DNA of 64,000 nucleotides, taken from Octopus vulgaris. Its lineage: Eukaryota. The notes below the pieces were generated by a model. The model saw only the letters and a program-made list of their open reading frames with translations. It made no database searches and had not been told where the DNA came from. The stretch lies in assembly GCA_951406725.2 (NCBI GenBank), contig OX597822.1:110236001-110300000 (forward strand). The letters are read 5' to 3'. Shown in pieces: positions 1-12,768 of the stretch (positions are counted from its first letter, which is position 1; each line of letters opens with the position of its first letter). The translations under genes were made by a program, and so were the position numbers.

Positions 1-52
1 AGTCGACCTCGGCGGAATTTGAACTCAGAACCTAACGACAGACGAGATAAAG
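1..52 (-). mobile_element. SINE family A (tRNA-derived, Nin/Deu-like domain), partial at window edge
   Basis: agtcgacctcggcggaatttgaactcagaac matches the reverse complement of the full copy at 17041-17275. Confidence 0.85.
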
Positions 53-62
53 TATTAGTATA

Positions 63-474
63 GGAATAGGAGTGGCTCTGTGCTAAGTAGCTTGCTTACG
101 AACCGAATTGTTCGGGTTCAGTCCCTCTGCGTGGTACCTTGGGCAATTGTCTTCTACTATAGCCTCGGGCCGACCAAAGCCTTGTGAGTGGATTTGGTAG
201 ACGGAAACTGAAAGAAGCCCGTCGTATATATGCATATATATGTGTATGTGTGTGTATATGTTTGTGTGTCTGTGTTTGTTCCCCCAACATCGCTTGGCAA
301 CCGATGCTGGTGTGTTTACGTCCCCGTAACTTAGCGGTTCGGCAAAAGAAACCGATGGAATAAGTACTAGGCTCACAAAGAATAAGTCCTGGGGTCGATT
401 TGCTCGATTGACTAAAAGGCGGTGCTCTAGCATGGCCACAGTGAAATGACTGAAACAAGTAAAAGAGTAAAAGA
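63..474 (+). mobile_element. SINE family B (tRNA head, CORE-like ccttgggcaagtgtc segment, internal TA/TG microsatellite, (aaaagagt)n tail)
   Basis: A-box-like tggct..gtggtaag and B-box-like ggttcagtccc; collinear copies at 2071, 31580 and 62808. Confidence 0.9.
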
Positions 475-876
475 AAACGGAAGCGCCTGAGTGTTATAAA
501 AATTTAAGAGACGATAATGTAGAGAAGATTTGGAGATTACAAAAGTTTAAGTTTCTGTACTGGCAATATGAGATGGGAGTGAAAGTCATGGAGAATTGTG
601 AGAGTAAAGGGGAACTATGAAAGCCCAAGAAATCTGTAAAGATTAAGGAGATGTGGATGAGTCAGTAAGTAGTGTGAAAGCCTAGAAGAACTGCGAGACT
701 TAGCGTCAGCAGCTTTGGTGACATCCAAATGTCTTCATGTGTTGATTGAAGAGAGAGAGAGACGAAGTAATATAGGACATCAATTCACGAAGAATTATGA
801 TCGAAAAATCGTAGGGGTTTGGGGTAGTTTGAAGTGGGGCGGCAGAGAAAGCAACTGTTTTTGTATGAGTGTGAAA

Positions 877-1047
877 GAAGAGAGAGTGAGAGAGAAAGAG
901 AGAGAAAGGGGAGAGAAGGGAGAGTGAGAAAGAGAGAGAGAAAGGGGGACAGAGAAAGAAAAACAGAAAGAGAAAGAAAGAAAAAGAGATAGAATGAGGT
1001 AGAAAGAGAGATAGAGAGAGAGAAAGAAAGAAACAGAGAGAAAGAGA

Positions 1048-1095
<48 letters not shown>

Positions 1096-1100
1096 TAAAG
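877..1100. repeat. (GA)n/purine-rich low-complexity tract
   Basis: Visible directly. Confidence 0.95.
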
Positions 1101-2070
1101 AAAGGCTTTGAACCAGAATAATTGTAAGCTTTTGTTACTTATATTCAGGAGAGAAAAAAAGAGTGGTAGGGAGAATAGACCATTTATATATATATATATA
1201 TATATGCACATACACCACTATTCTGAGTGAAGATTAAGTTGTGTATTCTATACAGAAGAGATAATCTGTAGATATTGTTTTCTGTTATTATAATTTGATG
1301 ATGCTAATAAGAAAAGTAATAATTTTACGTCCTACAAATACATTAGCGACGTAAATGAATTCAACAGAAAAAGAAAAAAATACTGTATGGAGGTGGGTAG
1401 TGTGTTATCTTTCGTGTAATATTGTATATTTGGGTTAGTTCAATCAATTTCCCGACACACAAAATGACACTGGAATTTGTTATTAGAAATCAATATTTAG
1501 CTCTGCAGAAGCCGATAGTTTTTGTCATATAAAGTACGCGAAATTTCTTGAGGTAGTTTAAGCAAGGTTAACAATTCTTTTCAGTAAGATTTTCGAACGA
1601 GAATATTGGTCAAATGCAGAGAAAGGAACAGTGAGTTTGATTTCCAACGGAATCGGTGTTTTGTTCACGATGGTCATTGTTATCAGTTAGGATGAGAAAT
1701 AAATATATTCTGCAGACGGAAGCAGGTGTAGATCTGATAGACCAAGTCGGTGGCTCGTGAAGTTGGACGAGTAGGGAAGGAAGTCGCTGTTTAGCATCAG
1801 TTTACTAAAGTTATTCCTATTACAACCGCACCATCATCATCGCCACTATTACTGACTCAGTTACCACAACGATTCCTACAACCCATTGAGTCTGTGATTC
1901 AAGCTGTTGTAATTCAAGCTACAAAAACCACCAATAATTTCAGTAAATCTGAGAAATTCCGAACACGTTACAAATGCATAAACAGAATACACGAGCGGGG
2001 GGGGGGGATTTAGTAACATCATTTTCAATTTGAAGAACTCAGGCAAGATTTATTGGTTATTTATGAATAA

Positions 2071-2503
2071 GGCGTAGGAGTGGCTGTGTGGTAAGTAGCT
2101 TGTTTACTAACCACATTGTTCCGGGTTCAGTCCCACTGCGTGACACCTTGAGCATGTCTTCTACTATAGCCGCGGGCCTTGTGAGTGGATTTGGTAGCGG
2201 ATTTGGTAGACGGAAACTGAAAGAAGCCCGTCGTATATATATGTATGCATGTGTGTATATATATATATATATGTATATTTGTGTGTATACGTTTGTTTGT
2301 CTGTGTTTGTCCCCCCAACATCGGTTGACAACCGATGCTGGTGTGTTTACGTGCCCGTAACTTAGCGGTTCGGAAAAAGACACCTATAGAATAAATACTA
2401 GGCTTACAAAGAATAAGTCCTGGGATCGATTTGCTCGACTAAAGGTGGTGCTCCAGCATGGCCGCAGTCAAATGTCTGAAACATGTAAAAGAGTAAAAGA
2501 GTA
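2071..2503 (+). mobile_element. SINE family B
   Basis: Collinear with 63-474, with a small internal deletion and duplication. Confidence 0.9.
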
Positions 2504-2855
2504 AGTCTACATTTAACAATATTGAGGTTTTATGATATTCAAGCAATTCCAAAGTCAGAGGTAGTTCACATGTAGTTATCAGAGAACCGAAATTGCGTCA
2601 AACTAATCCTCTTTCCTCTGTAGCATTTTGAAAGTGGAGTTAGTTATATATAATTACTCCGCCCAAAAACATAGTGCAGTCCTAGGGAGGAGATGAATAG
2701 CCACAAGTCCTATACAGGAATATAGTTACATGAACCATTTAGTTGTTGCAACTACAGATCAACTGAGTCCCTGAACCCTTTAAGGCTGCACGAGTCTCAG
2801 TTCTGCACTAAGCTTGTATTTGATCCCATAGATTAAGCAAAGTTGTACTCACTCT

Positions 2856-3121
2856 GTGGAGGCGCGTGGATTATTGGTTAAGGTGTCAGTATCATGATCG
2901 TAAGATTGTGGTTTCGACTCCTGGACCGGGTGACGCGTTGTGTTCTTGAGCAAAACACTTCATTTCACGTTGCTCCAGTCCACTCATTTGGCAAAAATGA
3001 GTAACGCTGCGATGGACTGGCGTACCGTCCAGCTGGGGAACACATACGCCATTGAAACCGGGAAACCGGGCCCTTGAGCCTGCCTAAGTTTTAAAAAGGG
3101 TGCATTTATTTTATTTATTAT
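2856..3121 (+). mobile_element. SINE family C (tRNA head, Meta-domain-like body)
   Basis: ggaggcgcgtgg..ggtttcgactcc head; tgtgttcttgagcaaaacacttc...ctccagtccactca body; TSD ttgtactcact at 2843 and 3122. Confidence 0.9.
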
Positions 3122-3469
3122 TTGTACTCACTGTAAGTCTCTATCTTCTAAAGGTAAAACAAACTGTTTTGCCATAAACATCTTTACTGTTGGCGTCAAG
3201 ATACGAACTCCGACTCTTGGAATCGACTAGTAGCAACACTGCATTATAGATATTAGCCAACTTGTTATTTTACTGATGATTTATTTTTTCCCCTTAAGAT
3301 GCAATATCGCTGATGGGAAACTCTTAGGCCATGTGCCAAGTTTTCATGCCTCAATACCCAAATCCATTCGATCTTAACTTCGACTGGATCAATATCATTT
3401 TATTCTTAAACTTTTTTTAATATAATTTTCTTTGGGAAGAAAACCAAAACGCCTACCCAGAATAGTATT

Positions 3470-3471
<2 letters not shown>

Positions 3472-3553
<82 letters not shown>
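3472..3553. repeat. (TA)n microsatellite
   Basis: Visible directly. Confidence 0.97.
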
Positions 3554-3556
<3 letters not shown>

Positions 3557-5356
3557 GCATTTTCAAATATTTCCTATGTAAAAAAAAGAAACCCATCGTG
3601 AAAGAGAAATTAAGGCTTTTAGCGGAATGGTTGAGACGTTTGTTTTAAATATTTTTTTTGTAGGAATTAATGGTTAATAGCAATAACTTTGCTTTTAACT
3701 TTTTCATAATTTGTGAATACAATTATGGGGAAGCATTGTTATTAGAACATAATATTCCTTGACCTTTTCGTTGCCAAAAAGTTACATTTTTTATGTTTCT
3801 ATTGAAACAAATATCTTAATATACAAAACATTCACTAGCTAAAAGTCGCTTGCTGTACAGGAAATGTATTTTTCTAAATATTTCTTTTTTTTATTAGAGC
3901 AACCCGTTGAGCTGAAAATATCGACATTAATATAAGGAATTAAATGACTGCTTCGATTCTTACTTCGTCTACACCACCATATTGAAAGAATTTATTTGAT
4001 TTCTTATGTGAATTTCTTTGGTAACTTATCTATATGCAGCTGGCTTAATAGAACACTGACAAGAATAGAAACTTTCTGATTCTGGTTGAAAATTAGCTAA
4101 GAAAAAGTAACGAATATATATTCGAGAATTTGGGAATCTATTTCCTTGTAGATTATACGAAATTTTATGGAATCCCCCATTTCATTTATGTCTATAATTT
4201 TTCTGACCCACAGGTATTTGCACGAGTTAGTTACATAAATGAAAATAAGTTTTTCTTTATCAGATATCGATTTCTTATATTGGCTAAAGCCAAAGACTTG
4301 TAAAACAGGAAGATAATTGAATGAATCAAGCAAAGTAGATATTGGTATTGCTTACTTTATTAACCGTCATTATATGAAAATCAAAGGCAACCCCAGTGCG
4401 AAAATAAATGCTGTAAAGCCTTGAGTCCAACGTTTTTGATAATAGTGATTTCTAAAATTAGTACAACTTCAAAACGTTTTGAAAGAGTGGAGGTGATAGA
4501 TTAAATCGAATATATTGGTTCTTAAATTACTAGCCCCGGGAAGAATGAAAAGTAAAGTTAACCTTGGCAACTTCTGACATAACTAAATGTCGTATAACAT
4601 TTAGTCCTGCACTTTACGGTTTCTGTCACTCACTGTCCTTTCATTTTTATAAACTTGTTAATTTCCATAGTAAAGCAACGAAAGAAATAAACCTTGTATC
4701 AGAATTCTCTGATGTATACTCTGCCTTTTCTGTTGTCTCAAGTGTCCTATGCTCCTCGGGCCTGAACTGGTCTCGAAACACCTTTTCTTAGGGAATCCCA
4801 TGTCACTCTTCTTTTCCTCTCACTCATATGAAGCACCCCTTCTAGACAAGGTACTAATCCCTACGCCTAGTTCTGCTTCTCCAATAAGTAACTTAACCAC
4901 TCTGTAACTCCCATCTGATCATAATTTTCATGTACCTATCAATCTGTAATTATGCAGGTAAGTAAATAATAGCACCGAAATCAGGGGTCTCGCAGGGTCT
5001 TGATCCTCTAAGACTATTGACACAGCACTTTCCTTTAAACCTGATCAATGAAACGGATCTTTTGTACATCAACGGTTCATTCGGCGTTGTTACAGTGCTG
5101 ATTCTGCGTACAGCGGTTTGTTGTATTTTCTCTTCTTATTGTAATTATTTCCAGCAAGATTGACTGGATTGTTTTAGACTTAATTCTTAAATGACGAACA
5201 CCGTTTTCCCGTTGCGTTTCCAATTTTCGAAGAAATTTTCCAAATACCAGCTCTCACTCGTACACACATACACAAAACTCCACACTCTCACAAGCATATA
5301 ATCATAAAGTTAAAGAAGTGATTCTAAATTTTCAGACACAGGATAATGCTAATAGT

Positions 5357-5740
5357 GTGGAGGCGCAATGGCCCAGTGGTTAGGGCAGCGGATTCGCGGT
5401 CGTAGGATCGCGGTTTCGATTCCCAGACCGGGCGTTGAGAGTGTTTATTGAGCGAAAACACCTAAAGCTCCACGAGGCTCCGGCAGGGGATGGTGGTGAT
5501 CCCTGCTGTACTCTTTCACCACAACTTTCTCTCACTCTTACTTCCTGTTTCTGTTCTACCTGTATTTCAAAGGGCCGGCCTTGTCACTCTCTGTGTCACG
5601 CTGAATATCCCCGAGAACTACGTTAAGGGTGCACGTGTCTGTGGAGTGCTCAGCCACTTACACGTTAATTTCACGAGCAGGCTGTTCCGTTGATTCGGAT
5701 CAACCGGAACCCTCGTCGTCGTAACCGACGGAGTGCTTCC
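5357..5740 (+). mobile_element. SINE family D (tRNA-derived), tail type i
   Basis: ggaggcgcaatggcccagtggttagggcagcgg head with B box ggtttcgattccc; 12-bp TSD aatgctaatagt at 5345 and 5741. Confidence 0.93.
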
Positions 5741-5795
5741 AATGCTAATAGTATAGCCCGAACAGGATAAGTGACCCCTATTTTGCAGAAGTGTT

Positions 5796-5873
5796 GGCGG
5801 CCAGCTATGAGACTCGAACTCACACCTCCGTGATTACGCGTCGTGAAGCTCTGAACCATTAAGCTAAACTGCC
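5796..5873 (-). pseudogene. tRNA-like sequence (Thr-CGT-like) with decayed anticodon stem
   Basis: Minus strand: ggcagtt-ta-gctt-aatggttca-gagc ... gtgag-ttcgagt-ctcat-agctggc. D and T arms pair and the acceptor stem pairs 6/7, but the anticodon stem pairs only 3/5. Confidence 0.6.
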
Positions 5874-6563
5874 CAGGATAGCTTATCCTGTTCAGGCTAT
5901 ATCATTAGCATTATCCTGCGCTTGAGAATTTAAAATCATCTCAACGCTTCCAATGCAAACATTGTTTGTTTGTTTACTTTCATCGTAATTTGAATATAAT
6001 TATAATTTCAAAGTAGTTTCATGAACAAAAATGAAACTACACTAAACGTCGTGTCAGTCAGCAGTCAGTTAGTTAGTCACTCAGACCAACTTATACATTT
6101 TTGCACGGCGGACAGAAGTTCTGCTCCAGTGTTCTCGGCCAGATGTTCAGTGCTATTGCTGCATCTGTTGTCAGCTTTCATATTCTCATGAAAGGTTCCA
6201 TCCAATGCTGCCCGCACACTTTCCTGCTTTCTCCTCCCTCTCCTGTAGGTGTCGATCCCAAACCTGTTTTTGCATACCGTTAACTGCTCTACTGAAAAAC
6301 GTCACCGGCCAATCATAGTTTTCGTTTTGTCAGTTGACCTGCATTCATCGCAACAATTTTCTTAAAGACTTTCTTAGTTTTCAATACAACCAAGCACGAA
6401 ATTCTGAAGATTTTCTTCTTGCACTTTTTGGTGAAAAGTACCCCATGTTTTATTGATTTTTGCAGTTTTCTTCATCATACCCCTTTCATATAGTGTTGTT
6501 GCTAAAGAAAAAAAAATATCTTGAAGTTGAAGTCCGGTGTGTTGATGGACCAAACTATCTATA

Positions 6564-6874
6564 GTGGAGGCACATGGCCTAGTGGTTAGAGCAGCAGACT
6601 CGCGGTCGAGGGATCGCGGGTTCGAATCTCAGACCGGGCGATGTGTGTGTTTATGAGCGAAACACCTAAGCTCCGCGTGGATCCGGCGGAAGCTACAGGC
6701 GAACTTCTGCTGACTCTTTCGCCACAACAACTTTCTCTCACTCTTTCCTCCTGCATCTTGCAGCTCACTTGCGACGGACCGGCGTCCCGTCCAGGTGGGG
6801 AACCTATACGCCAAGGAAACCGGGAAACCGGCTCTTATGAGACAGGCATGGCTCGAGAAGGAACAAACAAAACT
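6564..6874 (+). mobile_element. SINE family D-like head with tail type ii
   Basis: tRNA-like head; tail gcgacggaccggcgtcccgtccag...gaaaccgggaaaccgg; TSD aactatctata at 6553 and 6875. Confidence 0.9.
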
Positions 6875-7677
6875 AACTATCTATATTCGTTGAAATACTG
6901 CTGTTGCATTTCCGATTCTGCATCTGACATCGGTTTCTGTGTCTTCATTATTGTAAAGAATACTCTTGAGGCACTCGCAATTCGGTTCACATTTTCGATC
7001 GTCTGTTCTTTAAGAATCATGGTGACACTCCATTGTTTGTATCTTATGTACCCTGGAGGTGGCAATCCCTGTTCGTTATGTCTTCATTACCGTGAAGGGG
7101 ACATTCTCTGTTTCTTGGCCGATCTATATGTCCTACTTTTTCTCTGCATTAATTATTCAATTTCCTTGTCTTTCAATTCCACCAATAAAACAATATCAAC
7201 GACAACCAGGCAAATTCGCTGCCTCTGATCTTACAATTGGTGGGTATATTCCTTTCACTCGTCTGCTATTTTCGTCGTGAAACTCATAATTGATAGAAAA
7301 AATGGAATGGTGACACAAGTCAACCATGACAAGCCCCTGTGGGGCCAAAGTATCTAATATTTCTATTTTCCGTCTTTTCATTACAGCTTAGTATTTTAAA
7401 ATTGAAATATTGTTCTTTGAAATTCTATACGATTTTGCAATGTCGTTATTAACATTTTCTATTAACTTTACTAATCTAATCCGCCAAAGTTTACTTTATA
7501 TTAATAAATTACCGTTTTCCATAGTACTGTTGCGGGAAGGGCGTAGCCAGTTTTCATTGTGCACTTTCTATTGTCTTCGTTAGAGTTAGAAAATTCTCCA
7601 GATAAATAGTTTTAATATAGGTTGTGTAATTCTAGCTGATCTTGATTGTATTACAATTGAATAGTTTCAGAAATGTT

Positions 7678-8043
7678 TGGAAGACTCCGGCGGTTACGAC
7701 GTCGAGCGTTTCGGTTGATCCGATCAACGGAACAGCCTGCTCGTGAAATTAACGTGTAAGTGGCTGAGCACTCCACAGACACGTGTACCCTTAACGTAGT
7801 TCTCGAGGATATTCAGCGTGACACAGAGAGTGACAAGGCCGGCCCTTTGAAATACAGGTACAACAGAAACAGGAAGTAAGAGCGAGAGAAAGTTGTGGTG
7901 AAAGAGTACAGCAGGGATCACCACCATCCCAGCCGGAGCCTCATGGAGCTTTAGGTGTTTTCGCTCAATAAACACTCATAACGCCCGGTCTGGGAATCGA
8001 AACCGCGAGTCAGCTGCCCTAACCACTGGGCCATTGCGCCTCC
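7678..8043 (-). mobile_element. SINE family D, tail type i
   Basis: Reverse complement of 5357-5740 with a small deletion; agtttcag on both flanks. Confidence 0.92.
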
Positions 8044-8897
8044 AGTTTCAGTACATGTTGCTTAATGGAAATTATGCTTCGGTAAGACGTAGTGAACATT
8101 TTGCTTTATTGGTTCTGACATTAAAAAAAAAACAGACATGGGTAAAAATAATCTCTGAACCGTTGCCAAATAAGGATGTCTCGAACCGAACAGTCACAAG
8201 TACATCGTAAAAAAGAGCAGATTCAATGATAAGAAATGTATAAAATTGGTTGTTCGGCCTGTTAGGATCACAGGTCAAACAAATACACACACATGCGCGT
8301 GCATGATGTTATGTCTGACAACGTCTCACACTTATAAACATTACAAACATTGTCAAGCTTACTCTTCCACCTTACAATTTAAGACAAGTTATCTGGAAGA
8401 AGTCGTTTCCCCAGATACGTGAATGTCATGTTGTTAGCGTTGTTAGTGTCAATCAAAAGACAGCAGATGATGGTAAAGTTGGAACCATTTTGACAGCACC
8501 ATTCGTTTACACAGACAAGCGTGCAGGGTCATACACATATAGAGACATTTATCTATTACAGTCGACTATTATTACAGACATTGGTTATGTAGGCTACAGG
8601 AATAAAATGCCAAGATGTATGAATGGTCAACCAGTAAGCATTATAACATAAATAAACGGATTAATGTAATGGCAGGATCTCGTCACCATAACAACTTATC
8701 AAAACGAAATTATGGCAGTGAGATAATATGGGAATAATTCTAGAGAAATATGCGCTAATCACTATCATCACGGTCGATTCCATTAAAAGGCGTTAAACGC
8801 CACCTGAAAAACTTTTGATTGTTGTGTAACTTTTCAGTATGACCGCTTTAAAAATAATTTTAAAGAATAAAATGTATTAACTATATCCTGTGTGTGC

Positions 8898-9158
8898 GGA
8901 GGCGCGTGGCTTAGTGGTTAGTATGTCAGCGCCATGATCGTAAGATTGTGGATTCGATTCCGGGACCGGGCAACGCGTTGTGTTCTTGAGCAAAACACTT
9001 CATTTCACGTTGCTCCACTCCACTCAGCTGGCAAAAATGAGTAACGCTGCAATGGACTGGTGTCCTGTCCAGTTGGGGAACACATGCGCCATTGAAACCG
9101 GGAAACTGGGCCCTTGAGCCTTGCTAGGCTTTAAAAGGGCGCATTTATTTTATTTTAC
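8898..9158 (+). mobile_element. SINE family C
   Basis: Collinear with 2856-3121; TSD atcctgtgt at 8885 and 9159. Confidence 0.9.
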
Positions 9159-9297
9159 ATCCTGTGTATTGGATTATTTTTTATTCTGTTCACAACCTAT
9201 TACACCATATTACAACACACTCGCACACACACTCACGCGCATACACACTCACGAACACACACACAGTCTCTCTCTCTCACACCCACAAGCACATACA

Positions 9298-9331
<34 letters not shown>

Positions 9332-9344
9332 TTATATATCTGTT

Positions 9345-9606
9345 TTTGTTCTCAATTTTGACCCTCCATAAATCCTAAATCTTATTTTGGAACTTAAGGG
9401 AGCAACTGTCTTTGAAGACATATTCTCGTTGAATGCTCGAAATGAGGAGTAGATAGACAGCCGACAACTGATAAAGGGTCGCTCTCTGTGTTTACTTTTC
9501 CTGTTTTCCATCTTTTTTTTCTCCTTGTTTGTTTATTTAAATCGTTTGTTTTCGTATTTCGTATTTTGTTTACACAGTTGTTAATGTCATGTACCCACAT
9601 ATGCAT
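9345..9606 (+). repeat. Microsatellite-associated interspersed repeat (same family as 57132-57405)
   Basis: gaccctccataaatcc...gggagcaactgt...gacaactgataaaggg...tgtacccacatatgca mirrors the reverse complement of 57132-57405. Confidence 0.7.
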
Positions 9607-9626
9607 ATATATATATATATATATAT

Positions 9627-9990
9627 ACTAGCAGTATCGCCCGGCGTTGCTCAGGCTTGTAAGGGAAATAACTATAAAGCACTTTTAGAGAGTAATAGCC
9701 AAAAAATAGCAAAAAAATGGAAAAAAATGATGGTAAATTTTTTTTGAGAGTTAAAAAGGTGGAGTTGCGTCCCCTAGACGGTCTGTGGTTTGGGTTTCTG
9801 ATTCTCGACCCCATGTCGAATTTATCGATTTTTCAGAACTGGAGGAACTTTTCAAAATTTTCGCTGCGTTAGTTTTGAATTATGACATTGGGCTATGTGT
9901 GTGTCAAGTTTCATCAGAATCGGTTGAAAGCCGTGGTCAGGGTGAGGTACAAGAAAACAGACACACAGAAACACGCACAGACAAACTGCC

Positions 9991-9995
<5 letters not shown>
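9627..9995 (+). mobile_element. Helitron/Helentron-like non-autonomous element
   Basis: Starts actagcagtatcgcccggcgttgc; carries aagtttcatcagaatcggttga and ends in (acag)-rich sequence; inserted in (TA)n. Layout resembles Lep1/HINE-type elements. Confidence 0.55.
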
Positions 9996-10059
<64 letters not shown>

Positions 10060-10081
10060 CACACATAAACACACACATATA

Positions 10082-10335
10082 TTGGATTGGTGCATAATTA
10101 ATTATTGCGGCTTTTTTCCAACAAATTTTATTCAGCAAATACGATAACAATATTTGACAAAAAACATCTTTAAATGATGGTCTGACCGTCTGCCAAGCAA
10201 ATGGGAAACTAATTGAAGTAGATGGTGAATATGCTCCAGAATAATCATTTAAAGTTATTTCTGTTACGTGTAGTTATTATTTTTGTTGAATAAAATGTGT
10301 TGAAAAAAAGCTGCAATAATTATGCACCAACCCAA
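10082..10335 (+). mobile_element. mariner-derived MITE
   Basis: TIRs ttggattggtgcataatta / taattatgcaccaacccaa with TA flanks; internal remnant of a mariner C-terminus (DRLPSKWE..IEVDGEYAPE*). Confidence 0.85.
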
Positions 10336-10755
10336 TATATATATTATGATCCCTTCCATCGTTAGACGACGTATGAGGGTTGTGCATTTTCTCGCTGAAC
10401 AACCACAACCTGACTTGCTTATAGTAATCAAATGTTTGTAATTTACATAAGCTCAATCCCTCTGTCAGATTCACATTACCTGTACAGGTGTTCGACGTGC
10501 TACATGTCAGATGACGAAATGATCGAAGAACAACGTGAAATGAAGTCTCTTGCTCAAGAACACAACGTCTCGCAGTATACATGACTTTTCACCACTTTTT
10601 TTCTCATGTTCAGTGTGATCTTTACTGACTTAATAGACAACTGATAATATATAGTTGTGTTTTTGTGTACACACATACGCACGCACACACACAGACACAC
10701 ACACACACACACACACACAAACGCACACCTACGCACACATACACACATATTTACA

Positions 10756-10756
<1 letters not shown>

Positions 10757-10794
<38 letters not shown>

Positions 10795-10815
10795 ATATCT
10801 ATCTATCTATCTATA

Positions 10816-10846
<31 letters not shown>
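10757..10846. repeat. (TCTA)n microsatellite
   Basis: Visible directly. Confidence 0.95.
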
Positions 10847-10850
10847 ATAA

Positions 10851-11012
10851 ATATGATTATAGAAAGGGCGCTAATGAGTAGTGCTACATGCCCGAAATAG
10901 ACACCAAATGGCTCTTAGAGCTACATTATTTACCATAGTACAGTTCTTAGAGCCATTTCGCGTCTATTTCTAGCATGTTACGCTGCTCATTAGTGTCCTT
11001 ACTATAATTATA
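10851..11012. repeat. Imperfect palindrome with ~70-bp arms
   Basis: atgattatagaaagggcgctaatgag...aaatggctc pairs with gagccattt...ctcattagtgtccttactataattat. Confidence 0.85.
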
Positions 11013-11156
11013 TAGATACAATCATATATTTTGTATTAATTGTTACCCATATCGTTATTACATATTGACTACTTCATAAAATCTTATATAGATTTTATCC
11101 TTGATTATAAAGATATACATACATATATGCATTGATATATGTGTGTGTGTGTGTGC

Positions 11157-11357
11157 GAAGGCACATAGCTTAGCGGTATTTCGTCTGCCGTTACGTTCTG
11201 AGTTCAAATTCCGCCGAGGTCGACTTTGCCTTTCATCCTTTTGGGGTGGATAAATAAAGTACCAGTTTCGCACTGGGGTCGATGTAATCGACTTAATCCA
11301 TTTGTCTGTCCTTGTTTGTCCCCTCTACGTTTAGCCCCTTTTGGGCAATAAAGAAAT
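11157..11357 (+). mobile_element. SINE family A, 5'-truncated
   Basis: ccgccgaggtcgactttgcctttcatccttttggggtggataaataaagtaccag core. Confidence 0.88.
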
Positions 11358-11394
11358 ATATATACATATTTACACACACACACATTCATATATA

Positions 11395-12113
11395 CGAGGA
11401 TAGGCTGGGAAGTTCAAAGGCTGATCAAGATATTCTCACGGAATGTGATCAAATGAAATTATTTTCAACATACTTCTTTGGAGCAGGTGAGGAGAGGTGT
11501 TTCTATTGCGTGGATGGCATCATTGTTTCTGGCTCAAAGGGATGAACTCAGCATTCAAAACAATATCAGGTTTTCCTGTGATGTGATCATCCTGGTGCAT
11601 TTTTGATCAAGTGTCAGATGTGCGCCTACCGAACAGGAACCTTGGTCGTGCCAAGTTCATTGTGCAGAATATTCTGAGCTCTCTCAAGTCAATCACATGT
11701 CATCCATCAGCATATGGTGAACCCGATCAAGGTTTTCCTCGGTGGTGGCAATTGCAGAACGCCATTACATTTGGTCATCTTCAAGACTCTTCCTTCCCTT
11801 CCTAAATTCCGTTGCCCACTTTTGCATTGCTAATAAAGCTTGAGCACTATCCTCTGATATAGTAGTCACCATGTCAACAAGAATGTGCTCGGGGGCTAAA
11901 TCCATTTTCTGTAGGTACTTGATAAAACGACGATGCCAAGTTTGGTCGATTTTCAAGAGAAGCCGCTGCTAGCTGCTTTTGAAGTCTTCTTTCAACAGCC
12001 AGTTGTCAGGTTACCTGGAAAGAAGCGAAGCAGTTGAAATTAATGCATGCAATATTTCACATGTCTAGCATCACACTTCATAGCCAGCCTATGAGATTTT
12101 CAGCCCACCTCCG
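11395..12113 (-). mobile_element. Internally deleted mariner transposon
   Basis: TIRs cgaggataggctgggaagttc / gattttcagcccacctccg with TA flanks; ORF 11765-11956 has a mariner HTH-like KWATEFRKGRKSLEDD; a WVPH-like remnant lies near 11715. Confidence 0.85.
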
Positions 12114-12727
12114 TAGATATTGGAAGTTATCTTAGAAATATTTCAGCAGTCCTGATATCTTGAGTTGATAATTACTTTACGAAGAGCTTTAATATATTAA
12201 TTTCGTCTCTATTTTGTTGGTGTATCGAGCCTCTTGTTTGTTTGTGTGTGTGTGTGTGTGTGTGTGAGCACTATCCTCGTATATCTGCAATTATTCAAGT
12301 TTGAATGATAGATGACTCTGTCATTTTAATCGTGCGAGGGTGATTTATCCAGCAATATACTGATGGGAACACATCTTTACATTTTCTCAACTGTAACCGA
12401 CATACCGCCTCCCTCGAAATAACTTACGACTACATGTGTGCTACATTGTTAGATAGCTAAAAAGCTCGGCAGCTAGGATAAATAGTGGTGGTCTACGTCT
12501 GCAAAAATTGTATTTATTAGTAATGTTTGAAAGTTTTTTAATCTATATACAGTTTGGAGGGGAGTCACCGACGTTTTTTTTTAAAATTCCTTTTTGTAGG
12601 AGACAAAGAAAAGCAATATTCTTTTCTTCGTCTGTGAGTTTTGGAGGTCTTGGAAATCGACAGAATATAACAGAAACCCAGCAGTAGCAAATGCGTGGGA
12701 GAGAAAATGTAGCACAGCAAGATGAGA

Positions 12728-12768
<41 letters not shown>

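Noticed and set aside
6641-7228. 195-aa ORF
   Set aside because: The first ~75 codons are SINE sequence and the rest shows no recognisable domain
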